A stretch of DNA of 64,000 bases from Octopus sinensis (GCF_006345805.1 NC_042997.1:102672001-102736000); one strand, 5' to 3'. Positions 1 through 11,726 are shown, counted from the first letter of the stretch. The notes: generated by a model from the sequence alone, not told the origin. A program made the numbers and translations.

Positions 1-198
1 TAGGTTATGGATTTTCTCGACTACATTAAGGAAGAAAACTGTAATTAATGTTGTAAAATTAGCGTGATACATTAAACTACCATATAAATACACACACACA
101 CACACACACACATATTACATGCAGTTAAATCTATGTCCGGTCATAGAGTGACGAATGGTTTCGCATCCATAAAGGGGTTAGTCCCATGGACGGCTCGT

Positions 199-256
<58 letters not shown>

Positions 257-537
257 CAACAATTGAGGGTAAAATTAATTAATTATTAATCAATTTCACC
301 AAGTATTCAGTATGTAAAGGGACCATTATAGGCGAATTCAAAATATTACATTATATATAAGGGCTTAGTAAAATAAATTACTTTGCCACATACTGAACTC
401 ATTAGAAATAGCAGCTAAAGAAATTTCTTCAGCTATTTCTAATACTTAAAGAAGATCTCTCTCAGATAGTGTTTGCCTAAACTAACTCACAAAAGTATGG
501 GGGAAAAAACATTAAAAAATCAAGTGCAAAGGTTATT

Positions 538-589
538 TGAGAACGTACGTTTCTAGATTAGTCAATTCGACATTTCTTTCTTCAGCTCA
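538..589 (-). ncRNA. Type-I hammerhead ribozyme motif, copy 1
   Basis: Minus strand: UGAG-CUGAAGA-[A AGA AAU GUC GAAUU GAC UAA UCU A]-GAAA-CGUACG-UU/CUCA. Stem I UGAG:CUCA, palindromic helix III AACGUACGUU, predicted cut between 542 and 541. A.A mismatch at the base of helix II. Confidence 0.7.
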
Positions 590-1079
590 GAATTCCTTGA
601 ATCGGATTTGGGAACACTGAAAGTCGGGAGCATACCTTTCGGCTTCTAATCACCTCTAGAATTCTGCTCGAACTAAAAGTGCTATCAAATTCGAATATGC
701 AAGCGAAGAATTTCTGCTCTCCCCTTTCCACCAGCGTGGGTTAAAATTGACAAACACCATGTATTAACGCAGAATTAGCAGAGAGAGATGAATTATAATT
801 TCAACAATTGAGGGTAAAATTAATTAATTATTAATCAATTTCACCAAGTATTCAGTATGTAAAGGGACCATTATAGGCGATTCAAAATATTACATTATAT
901 ATAAGGCTTAGTAAAATAAATTACTTTGCCACATACTGAACTCATTAGAAATAGCAGCTAAAGAAATTCTTCAGCTATTTCTAATACTTAAAGAAGATCT
1001 CTCTCAGATAGTGTTTGCCTAAACTAACTCACAAAAGTATGGGGGAAAAAACATTAAAAAATCAAGTGCAAAGGTTATT

Positions 1080-1131
1080 TGAGAACGTACGTTTCTAGAT
1101 TAGTCAATTCGACATTTCTTTCTTCAGCTCA
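1080..1131 (-). ncRNA. Type-I hammerhead ribozyme motif, copy 2
   Basis: Identical to copy 1, offset 542 nt. Predicted cut between 1084 and 1083. Confidence 0.7.
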
Positions 1132-1332
1132 GAATTCCTTGAATCGGATTTGGAACACTGAAAGTCGGGAGCATACCCTTTCGGCTTCTAATCACCTCTA
1201 GAATTCTGCTCGAACTAAAAGTGCTATCAAATTCGAATATGCAAGCGAAGAATTTCTGCTCTCCCCTTTCCACCAGCGTGGGTTAAAATTGACAAACACC
1301 ATGTATTAACGCAGAATTTAGCAGAGAGAGTT

Positions 1333-1670
1333 GAATTAATTTTACCCTCAATTGTTGAAATTATAATTCATCTCTCTCTGCTAAATTCTGCGTTAATACA
1401 TGGTGTTTGTCAATTTTAACCACGCTGGTGGAAAGGGGAGAGCAGAAATTCTTCGCTTGCATATTCGAATTTGATAGCACTTTTAGTTCTCAAATAACCT
1501 TTGCACTTGATTTTTTAATGTTTTTTCCCCCATACTTTTGTGAGTTAGTTTAGGCAAACACTATCTGAGAGAGATCTTCTTTAAGTATTAGAAATAGCTG
1601 AAGAAATTTCTTTAGCTGCTATTTCTAATGAGTTCAGTATGTGGCAAAGTAATTTATTTTACTAAGCCCT

Positions 1671-1680
<10 letters not shown>
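1333..1680 (+). repeat. Inverted, internally deleted copy of the 542-bp unit (foldback)
   Basis: Reverse complement of about 820 to 670 joined to about 544 to 352 through a GTTC microhomology at 1486-1489. Followed by (TA)n. Confidence 0.9.
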
Positions 1681-1727
<47 letters not shown>

Positions 1728-1748
1728 ATCTATATATCTATCTATCTA

Positions 1749-1866
<118 letters not shown>

Positions 1867-1949
1867 TGTCCTTGCATAGCAAGTGACCTGATCTGAAATC
1901 GTGTGCTGGAACGAAAACAATTGCAGCGTGGCTTCTAAACACCTTTCCC

Positions 1950-2135
1950 TTAGCCACTACACACATTTTTTCTCTCCTTGTTTATCTCCTTGTTTTTTTC
2001 TGTGTCCCTTTCTGCAGAAGAGCGTAGGCTCGAAACGTAAAAGACTTTTTCTATTCCTGAGCGTTATACTAATACATCTGTTTGCTTTGTACACCACCTG
2101 TCTTCGTCTTTTGTTTTTTTTTGCAGACTCTCCCT
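1950..2135 (+). mobile_element. Dispersed PLE-tail-like element (family B) with hammerhead-like motif at 2008-2043
   Basis: CUUU-CUGCAGA-A-GAGC GUAG GCUC-GAAA-CG-UA/AAAG. Homologous to 19490-19690 and 36955-37145. Confidence 0.7.
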
Positions 2136-2526
2136 ATATATATATATAATATATTAGCTAGCTGTATGCATTTATTTTTCATTATGGTTATATCTTAGAT
2201 GCAGAGGTACGCAGAGATTCATCATCCAACAATTCCTGTATGAATACAGCTGAGAAGCAGAGAATACAAATGACGGAAAGTATTGTATAAAACTCGGTGC
2301 CATCCGAATCTATGCCCAAAAGGAATCAAAGAAGCCTAGCATTTTGGGTTTTAAGGTAAGTGCCAAATAGTGCAAAAGGTTCACGAGACGATATGATTTA
2401 TTAATTTGGCAGAGAACGAGGATTGCACAAAAGCTGATTACTTATCTAGATAAGAAAATTATGTGATTTTAATGAACTTTTGAGTTTAAAGTTTGTAAGA
2501 CTTATGTAATTTTATTTTCTATTATA

Positions 2527-2735
2527 TTCGGTTGGTGCATAATTATTGCGGCTTTTTTTCAATAAATTTTATTCAACAAAAGCAATAAGAACATTTAACA
2601 AAAACATCTTTAAGTGATTATTCCGGAGCATATTCACCATCTACTTCAATTTCTGCTTGGCGTTTTGTTTAAATTTTTTGAATAAAATTTATTGAAAAAA
2701 AAAAAAAAGCCGCAATAATTATGCACCAACCTTAA
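2527..2735. mobile_element. Mariner-derived MITE (Hsmar1/MADE-like TIRs)
   Basis: TIRs GGTTGGTGCATAATTATTGCGGCT / AGCCGCAATAATTATGCACCAACC, TA on both sides. The interior retains a transposase C-terminal remnant (EVDGEYA, minus strand). Confidence 0.8.
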
Positions 2736-3047
2736 TAGTTTTGTATGCAGAAATAAAGCTTACATATTAATTTTCATTCATCGTATTTATCATTCTAATT
2801 TTAATAAAAATACCTAATTTGTAATTAAGCTCTGTTATATGCAGTCACAGTGATATGTGGGACTTCGACAAATGTAGTTGTCCAAGTGTGACGGATACAA
2901 ATAAAACAGCAAAAATTAACATTCATAAAAGCCTGCTACGTCATATTCTTAATAGGACGAGTGATTTAATGTGAGTGATTTAACGCATCATGTTTGGATT
3001 ATTATAGATACTGCAGTTCAATGTTTTTTTCCTTTACTCATTTAAAA

Positions 3048-3393
3048 CAGTGGTTCACAACCGGGGTCCATATAACCCTTGGGAGTCCGTATAAGATTTC
3101 TGGCGGGGGGGGGGGTCCACACTAGCAAAAAAGTAAATTAGAAATCTACAGCAGTACTTTGAAGGTGTATGAAAAGTTTTCATTTAATTGTATGTATTGC
3201 AAGAAACAGTTAGGTTTCTTTCTCTAAAGTCTTACATAGTTCAACCCATGCAAGTAAACGTATGAATAACCGAAGATGAATTTTGAAAGAAGCATCTATA
3301 AAATTAGTTTTTAAACACCGAATGGCTGTGGTGGTCCATAAGAGAAAATAGTAATTAAAGTGATCCATAGATAAAAATGGCCGAGAACCACTG
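3048..3393. mobile_element. hAT-family MITE
   Basis: CAGTGGTTC...GAACCACTG termini and a perfect 8-bp TSD ATTTAAAA (3040-3047, 3394-3401). Confidence 0.9.
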
Positions 3394-3548
3394 ATTTAAA
3401 AGATCACTTGGGGTTCTGCTACTAGTACGGTGAACCTTGAATTTCAGCTCCTCAAATATATTACGTGTACTGGTCGCATCCCAAGTTTTAGTCAAAAATA
3501 TTCGATTTTTACGTGAGTATATACATTGTATATAACAACAGAGATTAC

Positions 3549-3664
3549 CTGATGTCTAAATGTTCTAATGTGGAATTAGATTTCAGTGCTTCACCGATTG
3601 TTTTAGCCGCATTTTTGTCAATACCATTCCAAGAGACGTCAAAGTATGTCAGAGTATCATTATT
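3549..3664 (-). CDS. LRRC74: LRRC74-like exon 8 (NNDTLTYFDVSWNGIDKNAAKTIGEALKSNSTLEHLDI)
   Basis: TTTCATTACAG acceptor, GTAATC donor, 116 nt, phase 0 to 2. No stop codon reached and no further exon found in the window. Confidence 0.9.
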
Positions 3665-3894
3665 CTGTAATGAAAGTATAGCTTATTCAATTAAGAATAT
3701 TTTTTAACAATGTTATTATTATAGAAACGGAAAAGTGCTGGACATTCTGTTGTATTTTGTTTCATTCGCTTACGTTATGAGTTCAAATAAAGTCGTGTTT
3801 AACTTTGGGATTCATCCGGTCAAACACAAGGTTAGCAATTTTGAGGATAGGAGTAAATTAATTATATTCACTCCAATATTGAACTCAGAACGTA

Positions 3895-4075
3895 ATCGTC
3901 TGCCATTACGTTCTGAGTTCAAATTCCGCCGAGGTCGACTTTCCTTTCATCCTTTCGGGGTCGATAAATAAAGTACCAGTTACGCACTGGGGTCGATGTA
4001 ATCGACTTAATCCCTTTGTCTGTCCTTGTTTGTCCCCTCTATGTTTATCCCCTTGTGGGCAATAAAGAAATAAAT
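3895..4075 (+). mobile_element. tRNA-derived SINE (Meta/MESC-like core), single body unit
   Basis: GAGTTCAAATTCC B-box and the core GAGGTCGACTTT(G)CCTTTCATCCTTTCGGGGTCGATAAA. Many further copies in the window (e.g. 4380-4590-, 10625-10850+, 21540-21745-, 31110-31320-, 33965-34165+, 45560-45780-, 47920-48140-, 60740-60915+). Confidence 0.8.
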
Positions 4076-4979
4076 ATTTTATTCTATCAAGCTCAGAGAG
4101 ATAAAAAGCCAAGTTGATCTTGACGCAATTTGAGCTTAGAAAGTAAAAAACCGGAAGAAATACCATTAAGCATTTTATCCGACGCACTAACAATTCTACC
4201 AACTCGCTCTCTTACTCCTGTCAGCCATATTGACATTAGTATTTAGGGAATAATAGCGTTAATTAAGTCTTCTCTATCTTTACTCCCAAATTTGTGACCT
4301 TGTGAAAATTTTATAAATCGTTATTATTAGAGTGGAAATGATTGATACATTGAAAACCTTGAAATTACAAATAGAATGCAATGTAAATTATTGATTTCAA
4401 ATTTTGGTACAAGGCCAGCAGTTTCGGAGGACGGGATAAGTCGATTAGTTCAACTGGTACTTATTTTATTGACCCCGAAAGGATGGAAGGCAAAGTGGAC
4501 CTGGGCAGCAGTCGAGCTTAGAACGTGAAGACGGACGAAATGCTGCTAAACATTTGGCCCGGCACAATAAAGATTCTGCCAGCTCGCAGCCTTAAATGCA
4601 ATATTAATTACACCATATAACAATGAAAAAAACAAAACAAAAAAGAAACAAAAAACAAAAACAAACAGAAATGAAAATAAACTTTTCCAGGGGTATTTTG
4701 TGTGTAGATCCCGAATATAACATTTGTTTCTTTCTGTGACTCTCCAGTTTCTCGTAAATTACCATCTTACTTATGTTAAATACACTGATGCTTCCGTAGG
4801 AATTGAATGCAAACAGTATTGGGCCGAAACTGAAAACTCTAAAACTTATCAACGGATTTTGATATAACTTTAATGGAGTGTCCCTAAGGTATTTTTCAAC
4901 CTAACGTATGAAGATTATAAAATTACACTCAATATTTTTATAGTTATATGGGTCCAAATCCGTGGTAAATCTGATAAGA

Positions 4980-6060
4980 AACTACACCTCATTAGCCAAC
5001 CTGAACTCAATAATCTAGTTCGTGATCTTACACTTACTAAGCAACAGAATTAAGTCCTAACCTCACGTCTGCAACAATGGAACCTATTGGATAAAGATGC
5101 TCGAAGTACAGTATTTAGGAAGCGTTTTGCAGATCTACAGCAATCCTTCACTTTGGAAAACAACTTGACTTATTGTAATGATATCAGAGACCTGTTCAAT
5201 GCCCTGTTCAATGAGTGGAGGTTATTCATAGATGCATCTCTTTACAACACAAAAGCGGTTCTGTTGCACATTGGGAACACCATGCCTCCAGTTTCAATCG
5301 CTCAATCAGTCATTTTAAGAAAGACATGAAAACTTCGTTTTTATTCTAGACCGCATAAGTTACTAGGAGCATGAGCGGCTAATTTGTGCGAACTTGAAAG
5401 TAGTAGCCCTACTTAATGGGATACAAACTGGATACACCAAGTTTATGTGCTTCCTTTGAAAGTGGGACAGTAGGGCCAGATCAGAACATTATGTACGCTC
5501 AGAATGGCCTTCTCGGAAAACTATGATGTCTGGATGCCATAATGTAAATCATGAGCCACTAGTTAAGAAAGAGAAAATCATTTTACCACCACTGCATATA
5601 AAACTAGGCCTAATGAAGTAATTTACCAAAGCACTGTAACATAACAAGCTATGTTTCCAGTACCTCAAGGCGATCTTCCCTAAAATAAGTGAAGCCAAGA
5701 TTAAAGAGCACATATTCGTAGGCCCTCAGATTCGTCAACTTATAGCTGATAAGGACTTCGAGGCGAAAATGGATGAAACTGAGCTAGCGGCCCAGTATGC
5801 ATTCAAAGATGTGTGCAAAGGGCTTCTGGAAAAGCAAGAAGTGGCCCAGCAAGAGAGTATAGTGGAGAGCCTAATCAAGTGCTACCAAGATCTCAGGTGC
5901 AATATGTCACTTAAGATACATTTTCTTCATTCTCATCTGTCCTTCTTCTCAGGGAATGCAGGCGATGTGAGTGATGAACATGGAGAGAGGTTCCATCAAG
6001 ATATAGCGCCACCAAAAGATGCGACTTTGTCTTGAGGTGCAAAGACATTCATACATGAAG
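4980..6060 (+). pseudogene. Decayed DDE transposase, probably Chapaev3/CMC-like
   Basis: Fragments across frames with stops and frameshifts: EWRLFIDAS, ILPPLHIKLGLMK, IFVGPQIRQL, MSLKIHFLHSHLSFF, DVSDEHGERFHQDI. Family name from memory. Confidence 0.7.
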
Positions 6061-7045
6061 AACAGCAGCATTCTCAGCAGACAAGTGTTTACATTAAAAA
6101 AATTATAAATTGTTTCTGCTTTTGTAGCTGTACTATATTATCTCTACAAAATAATTGATCAGTAACATAGCTCTAACAGGAACGGATATTTAACTAATGT
6201 CCAACATTATAAGTTTTCCTATTTCAGCTGGATTTTTTCCAACGAAATGTGATGAATATATTTCATAAAGCAATTTTACGAATTGGTAGTTTCTCGCTGA
6301 AAACATCGAACTGAAGTAGGACATTTTTCACACGTTGTATATTAATAGACTAGTCCATTCTGCTACTGTTAGATCGCTAAGAAATCCTATGGAGATGAAA
6401 TAGTTAAATTAGAATAAGATAAATAGTTCATAGTATATAATTTGAGATGGAATGAGAGGCACTTTGTAACTCTGTAGTGTAACTGGTAAAAGCGGTTGCC
6501 CAGTAAGTGGTTAGAGTTTCGTTATTGGACTTATTGATTTTATCGGTCTTAAATTGCTGCTCTTAAGTCAATTATCACCTTTAAAACTACTTATGTATTG
6601 CTTGGATGAGCATGTCTCTCGTATTGTTTACACATACTGTCAATTAATGATCCTGTCCTCTCTTTCGTTATACTCTAATATATTGCTTGGATATAGCGTT
6701 TATCCGTTGTCTTGTCTGCTTATCTTAGTTTTGGAGTGAAACATAAGTTTTTCTCTTTCTCCTTTTTAACAAATATTACAACAAACACACGTGAAATGAC
6801 CTTACACGAACTGGGGATAGAAAATTGATCGTAGTTTTAACTCACCAAGAGCTTATCTATTGCCCTACGTTACTAACCAAACAATTCTAATGACATTAAT
6901 TACTAATGTGTAGACATTACGACTCGAATTGATCGAACGTTGGTTGATGGTTCAAATCCTGTCGCCAGTATTGTTGTGGGTCCATAGCCAAGACTCTTAA
7001 ATCTCCATCCAGAGCATTTATATCTCTTACAAAAGTTATACTTAC

Positions 7046-7213
7046 TTTTAAACCAGTTCCTATTGCTTCCAAGCCATTTGATCTAATATTATTCCAACTC
7101 ATATTGAGATGTTTGAGAGAACTGCTCTCAGGAAGTGCCGGTCCAATTATTTTTCCAGATTTGTTTTCCAAATTGTTGTGGCTAATGTCCAAATATTCTA
7201 ACTTTCTGGCATT
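7046..7213 (-). CDS. LRRC74: LRRC74-like exon 7 (NARKLEYLDISHNNLENKSGKIIGPALPESSSLKHLNMSWNNIRSNGLEAIGTGLK)
   Basis: TTTTTACAG acceptor, GTAAGT donor, 168 nt = two 28-aa RI-like LRRs, phase 0 to 0. Confidence 0.92.
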
Positions 7214-7609
7214 CTGTAAAAAGACCAAAAATTGTTCCTAAATTTCACCATAGGCATATTGATTTAATATCGTGTGTTTCTAACTTATTCAGTTTTAAAT
7301 ATTTACTTTGGAATTGCTTATTAACCATTTATACATGATATCAGGTGGTTTATGTCAAGGTACCTTTAACTTGTCTCCACCATTTAACTATTTTATTGTG
7401 GAAATCAGATATATCCACTCAAAATTTCCTAACCCTTAACTGTGGGAAGCAGATTTATATACCGATATTTTTTTTCGTGAGAAATGCCATGTTTGAAACT
7501 ATTTTTCGTTGAGATATGTCAAGTTTATTGAGTTAAAGTAACTTGCAAAAAATAGCGATTCTATTTTTTGATATGTAACTTCAGTTATCATACACTATAT
7601 ATGCTTATT

Positions 7610-7830
7610 GTGGAGGCGCATGGCTTAATGGTTTGGATGTTGAGATTGTAGTTTCGATACCTGAACCGGACGATGTGTTTTGGTGTTGAGCAAAACACTT
7701 AATTTCACACTGGTCAGTTCACTCAGCTGGTAAAAAATGAGTTATCCGGCAACGGACCGGCGTTCTGTCCAGAGAAAAATATATAGACCAGAGAAACCGG
7801 AAAGCCCACCCGATGCTCCTTACGGAGTAA
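7610..7830 (+). mobile_element. tRNA-head CORE-type SINE (diverged)
   Basis: GGAGGCGCATGGC..TGG head, TTGAGCAAAACACTT core and CACTCAGCTGG..AAAAATGAGT. Related copies at 26412-26640+ and 48268-48510+. Confidence 0.7.
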
Positions 7831-8491
7831 TGTGGACTAACCATACATATCTATTATTCGCAATATAACTATTATACATATCTTTCTAAGCTAGTAATCT
7901 TCCTGTACAACCTGTTTTTGATATTGTATTTATAAAGTTCTTGTTTCTTTTCTTTCCTTTGCTTGCTTGGACTTCTACGCTTGATACTCCTCTGCACGTC
8001 TTTTCAACAATAAGTACTTTCTTAGAGTGGAGCGCCCCTGAAGTGGATAATATATTTATATTTATATATATATAAATTAATGGAAATAGAACTTTACTCC
8101 GCCCAGAAAATTTATCAGCTCAACTATAAACTCAGCTTGTTTAATTGTTTTCAGAAAGGTAACCTCCGACTAAGTGACTTGCCTTTCACGCGCTACCTCA
8201 AGCATCGGCCTTCAATGGTATCCTAACGACACAGTCAGTTTATAAGCTTTAACTTTAAGGCCACCAGAAACACTTTATGGACGGTAATACATCTTCTAAG
8301 AGATCTCAACCTGGTAAAATCTGCGTTTTTTTTTGTGGTTTCGATTTAAAAGCTTTTATGGGACATAGTATAGGAGCACAATAGTACATTGGGAACAAGA
8401 TACGAACATATAACAAATGACCCTAATATTTATAATCACTATGATATAAATTGTCATTTATATTAATAAATTAAAGCAGGGAACCACTTAC

Positions 8492-8541
8492 TGATATCAA
8501 TAAAGCCAGAGAAGACGCTGAAGAATCATTTAAATCGTTAC
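8492..8541 (-). CDS. LRRC74: LRRC74-like exon 6 (SNDLNDSSASSLALLIS)
   Basis: TTTTTGCTCTCTAG acceptor, GTAAGT donor, 50 nt, phase 1 to 0. Completes the LRR begun in exon 5. Confidence 0.85.
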
Positions 8542-10341
8542 CTAGAGAGCAAAAACAAATAACTTGAATTAGCTGTCTAGTGGAATAGAAATAAATACCC
8601 TTTTTTGCAGCATATAAGTCAACATAGTTATATAGTGTAAATATGTAGTATAAAAATTCAAACACCGTCACTATCTTTCCAATCCTGTTGTATTGTATAT
8701 GGAACTTTTGGTCCTCCAAAATCATCTTGGTATATAAGGCGACCAACCTCTTTAGGCTGTAAATTTTGGTTTGAAAAATTCGACTTGTATGCTGGAAAAT
8801 ATGATTGTTTTAGCTGATAAACTTTCGCGATTAGATATTGATCAAAGCTATTTATAAATTTGAACAGAATTTTGCTTTCTGAAAGCGATTACCTACATAA
8901 AGCCAATAAGTAAAATAACAACTTAGAATAGGATTCATTGCTGTGACATTTAATATTCCGTCACTAGAAATATATCTATTTCTTTTCTTGTAATGCACTG
9001 AACCACGTGCTAATATTTTCATACATAAAATACTTTCATACACTCTTCTAACTCATTCATTTTAACAAACTACCAACCCATAACATTTCAGACTTAACGT
9101 GAAGACTACAATACGTTAAAATGTAAGCTCTTAATAATGTACATGAAATTTGATCTACAAATCGATTTCGTAAAGTCAATCGCTTCATTTATTGTGTAAA
9201 TGACATTCTAAAAGGTATGCACATCATGACACTATCATATTTATGTTTCCATTAAAATATATAACCTTTCTGCTAATTTAAAAGGAAACTAATATTTTGA
9301 AGGTAGTAAACACACACTCAATTTTCTATTCCAAGTATACATACTATGTGTACATTCGTTCTGAAAATTATTGCTTCATAAAAGTTGCGAGCGCGATACT
9401 TGACAAGGTAAGGTACCTTTCTATTGACAAACTTTATTCTAATAGTTCAGCCTGTGACCATCAATGCAACATTAAGATATACGACTGCTGTACTTGTATA
9501 TCATAAACAACAGCAACAACAGGGGGTGGGGGGTGGCGACCCCTGTTGTACTCTTTCGCTCCAACTTTCTCTCACTCTTTCTTCTTGTTTCTTGTCCCCG
9601 ACTTCCTACGCAGCCGCTGAGCCTGGATGCGCATTCATCCAACCATCGATGCTCTCGGTGTCGGGGGTTGACCTGCTTTTTCTTCTGCATGAATAGCAAA
9701 GGACCACGTTTCGGACTTCTCCCAAACGCTCAACAAACAAACAAACAAACAGCAACAATAACAACAAAAAGAGCATTCTGATTTCAAATGAATTTCGAGC
9801 TTAAGAGATTTGAGCAAGTACGACCTTCTTAATTTATATCGCTAATGTCGTTAAGTAAAACATAATTTTACAAGGATAATTGATATTGATTAAATTTAGT
9901 TGATTACAATCTACGACTGTTTCAGTTTCCAGCTGAAGTAGCTATTTTATTAATAGAAGGGACATAGCACAACTATGAAATCAATAACATTAAGATCACA
10001 CACACATGCACGCGAACACATAAATGCATAAGAGAAAATGGATTGAGCAACGCGCTTTACTGCAAAATACTACAATTGTTCTATCACGACGAAGCAATTA
10101 TAGTATTACGCAATGGAGCGTGTTGCTCGATCCATTTTTCTCTAATTCGTATTTTTGAATATACTCTGCAGGTATTTCACAGATTTCCAGACGTATATTC
10201 AGTGATATGATCCGTCACACTGTATAATAGCATTTAATAGCCAATACCTGTAAACGCGCTTTCTATAGCATACTACAAGGTTTATACCCAAAGTGAATTC
10301 ACGCACACACACACAAACACACACAGACACACACACACACG

Positions 10342-10416
<75 letters not shown>

Positions 10417-11432
10417 CTATCGCCTACGCATGCGTCTTCCTTTCTGAACATGGGACTCCTACCTGTAACTTTGTTCTCCGTTATATACGTATCTCTCTCT
10501 TTGTTCAAGGTCTAACGTCCAGTAAGCTATCTTTTTAGCAGAAATCCTGAGATTATGCACAATCGTCTCTGGTATCTTGTAATTTTCACCACAATTGGAT
10601 AACTTTCATGATTTAATATTCCGTGTCACTTTGAAGCGGCGAGCTGGCAGAATCATTTAGAACATCGAGCAAGATGCTTAGCGGCATTTCGTCGGTCTCT
10701 GCGTTCTGAGTTCAAATTCCACCGGGGTTGACTTTGCCTTTCATCCTTTCGGGGTCAATAAAATAAGTATCAGTTGAACAATGTAATCGAATCGGCCCCT
10801 CTCCAAAAGATTACCGGCTTGTGCTAAAATTTGAAACTAATATTCCGTATCACTTCGTCCTGTGTTTAGTTTGACTCAGCAAACAACTTTTACATTAAGG
10901 CCGACAGAGTTAAATATTTGTTGTAGCTAACTTTTCGTATACTTGTTTTCCTATCTCGTCGTCCCATACATTTGTAGCATCCTGTCCGGACGACACCGTT
11001 CATTGGAAGTATTTAAGAAGCTACTGGAACTTTGAAGTGAGCAATCCTGAAGGGTAAATCTTATCGAAATTGCCTTATCTTCAGCTAACAACTGATGAGG
11101 AAAGCCCGATATTCATATCCATATAAACGCACAGAATAAGATAAAATGTTTTGTTCCATGATTTGGTTACCTGTACACACACACACATGCGCGCGTACAC
11201 GCCCGCAGAAACACACACACGCGGGTACGCGCACCCTCATGTATATATGAACCTCTGTGTGTGTATCTGTGTATGTGTGTTTGTGTGTATTTGCCTGTAT
11301 ATATGTATATGTGTGTGTGAGTGTGTGTGAAATGTATATAGTCGATAGTACTAACAATCAACCTGTATTATAGTATTTTTTTATAACTTTGGCTTTAAAA
11401 AATATCTAAAACATTTATATACATTAGACAAT

Positions 11433-11726
11433 TCTGTTGTGTCTGGAGAGAATCATTTTCTTTTTTGTGCCTTATAATATAACACACTCACCGGTAAAAT
11501 TTCCACTTTTTTCTTATTTTTATTTTCTTAAAATTTCTTTTCCTAAAATTTCCTAAAATTTTCCTAAAATTTTAGGAAAATAAAAATAAGAAAAAGTGGA
11601 AATTTTACCGGTGTGTGTTTTATATTATAAGACACAAAAAGAAAATGACCCTCCCCAGACACAACAAAATATGCTTCAACACACGAACTCATATAAAGAA
11701 TCTTGCAAACCAAATCCAAAAACAAA
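11433..11726. mobile_element. Foldback insertion (inverted arms ~11431-11670) with 12-bp TSD
   Basis: Palindromic centre TTCCTAAAATTTTAGGAA (11561-11578). Direct repeat ACATTAGACAAT at 11421-11432 and 11727-11738. Same family as 59163-59361. Confidence 0.85.

Larger units (their letters stand above)
254..1338 (-). repeat. Head-to-tail duplication of a ~542-545-bp non-coding unit, each unit carrying a hammerhead motif (retrozyme/PLE pLTR-like)
   Basis: TCAACAATTGAGGGT at 256 and 801. The copies differ almost only by 1-bp indels in short base runs. (TA)n lies to the left. Confidence 0.92.

Noticed and set aside
254-1338. Sequence differences between the two tandem units as evidence of divergence
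   Set aside because: Nearly all are 1-bp indels in short base runs, typical of long-read consensus error. The units are treated as identical, with length uncertain by about 3 nt.
8650-8890. Stop-free minus-strand frame between exons 5 and 6
   Set aside because: No LRR pattern or convincing splice pair, and exons 5 and 6 already join in phase.
9695-9735. Minus-strand GGA-GAAG-TCC-GAAACGTGGTC hairpin in a dispersed repeat
   Set aside because: No CUGANGA upstream; not supportable as a ribozyme.
11092-11114. CTGATGAGGAAAGCCCGAT
   Set aside because: No GAAA after the putative helix II and no stem I partner.
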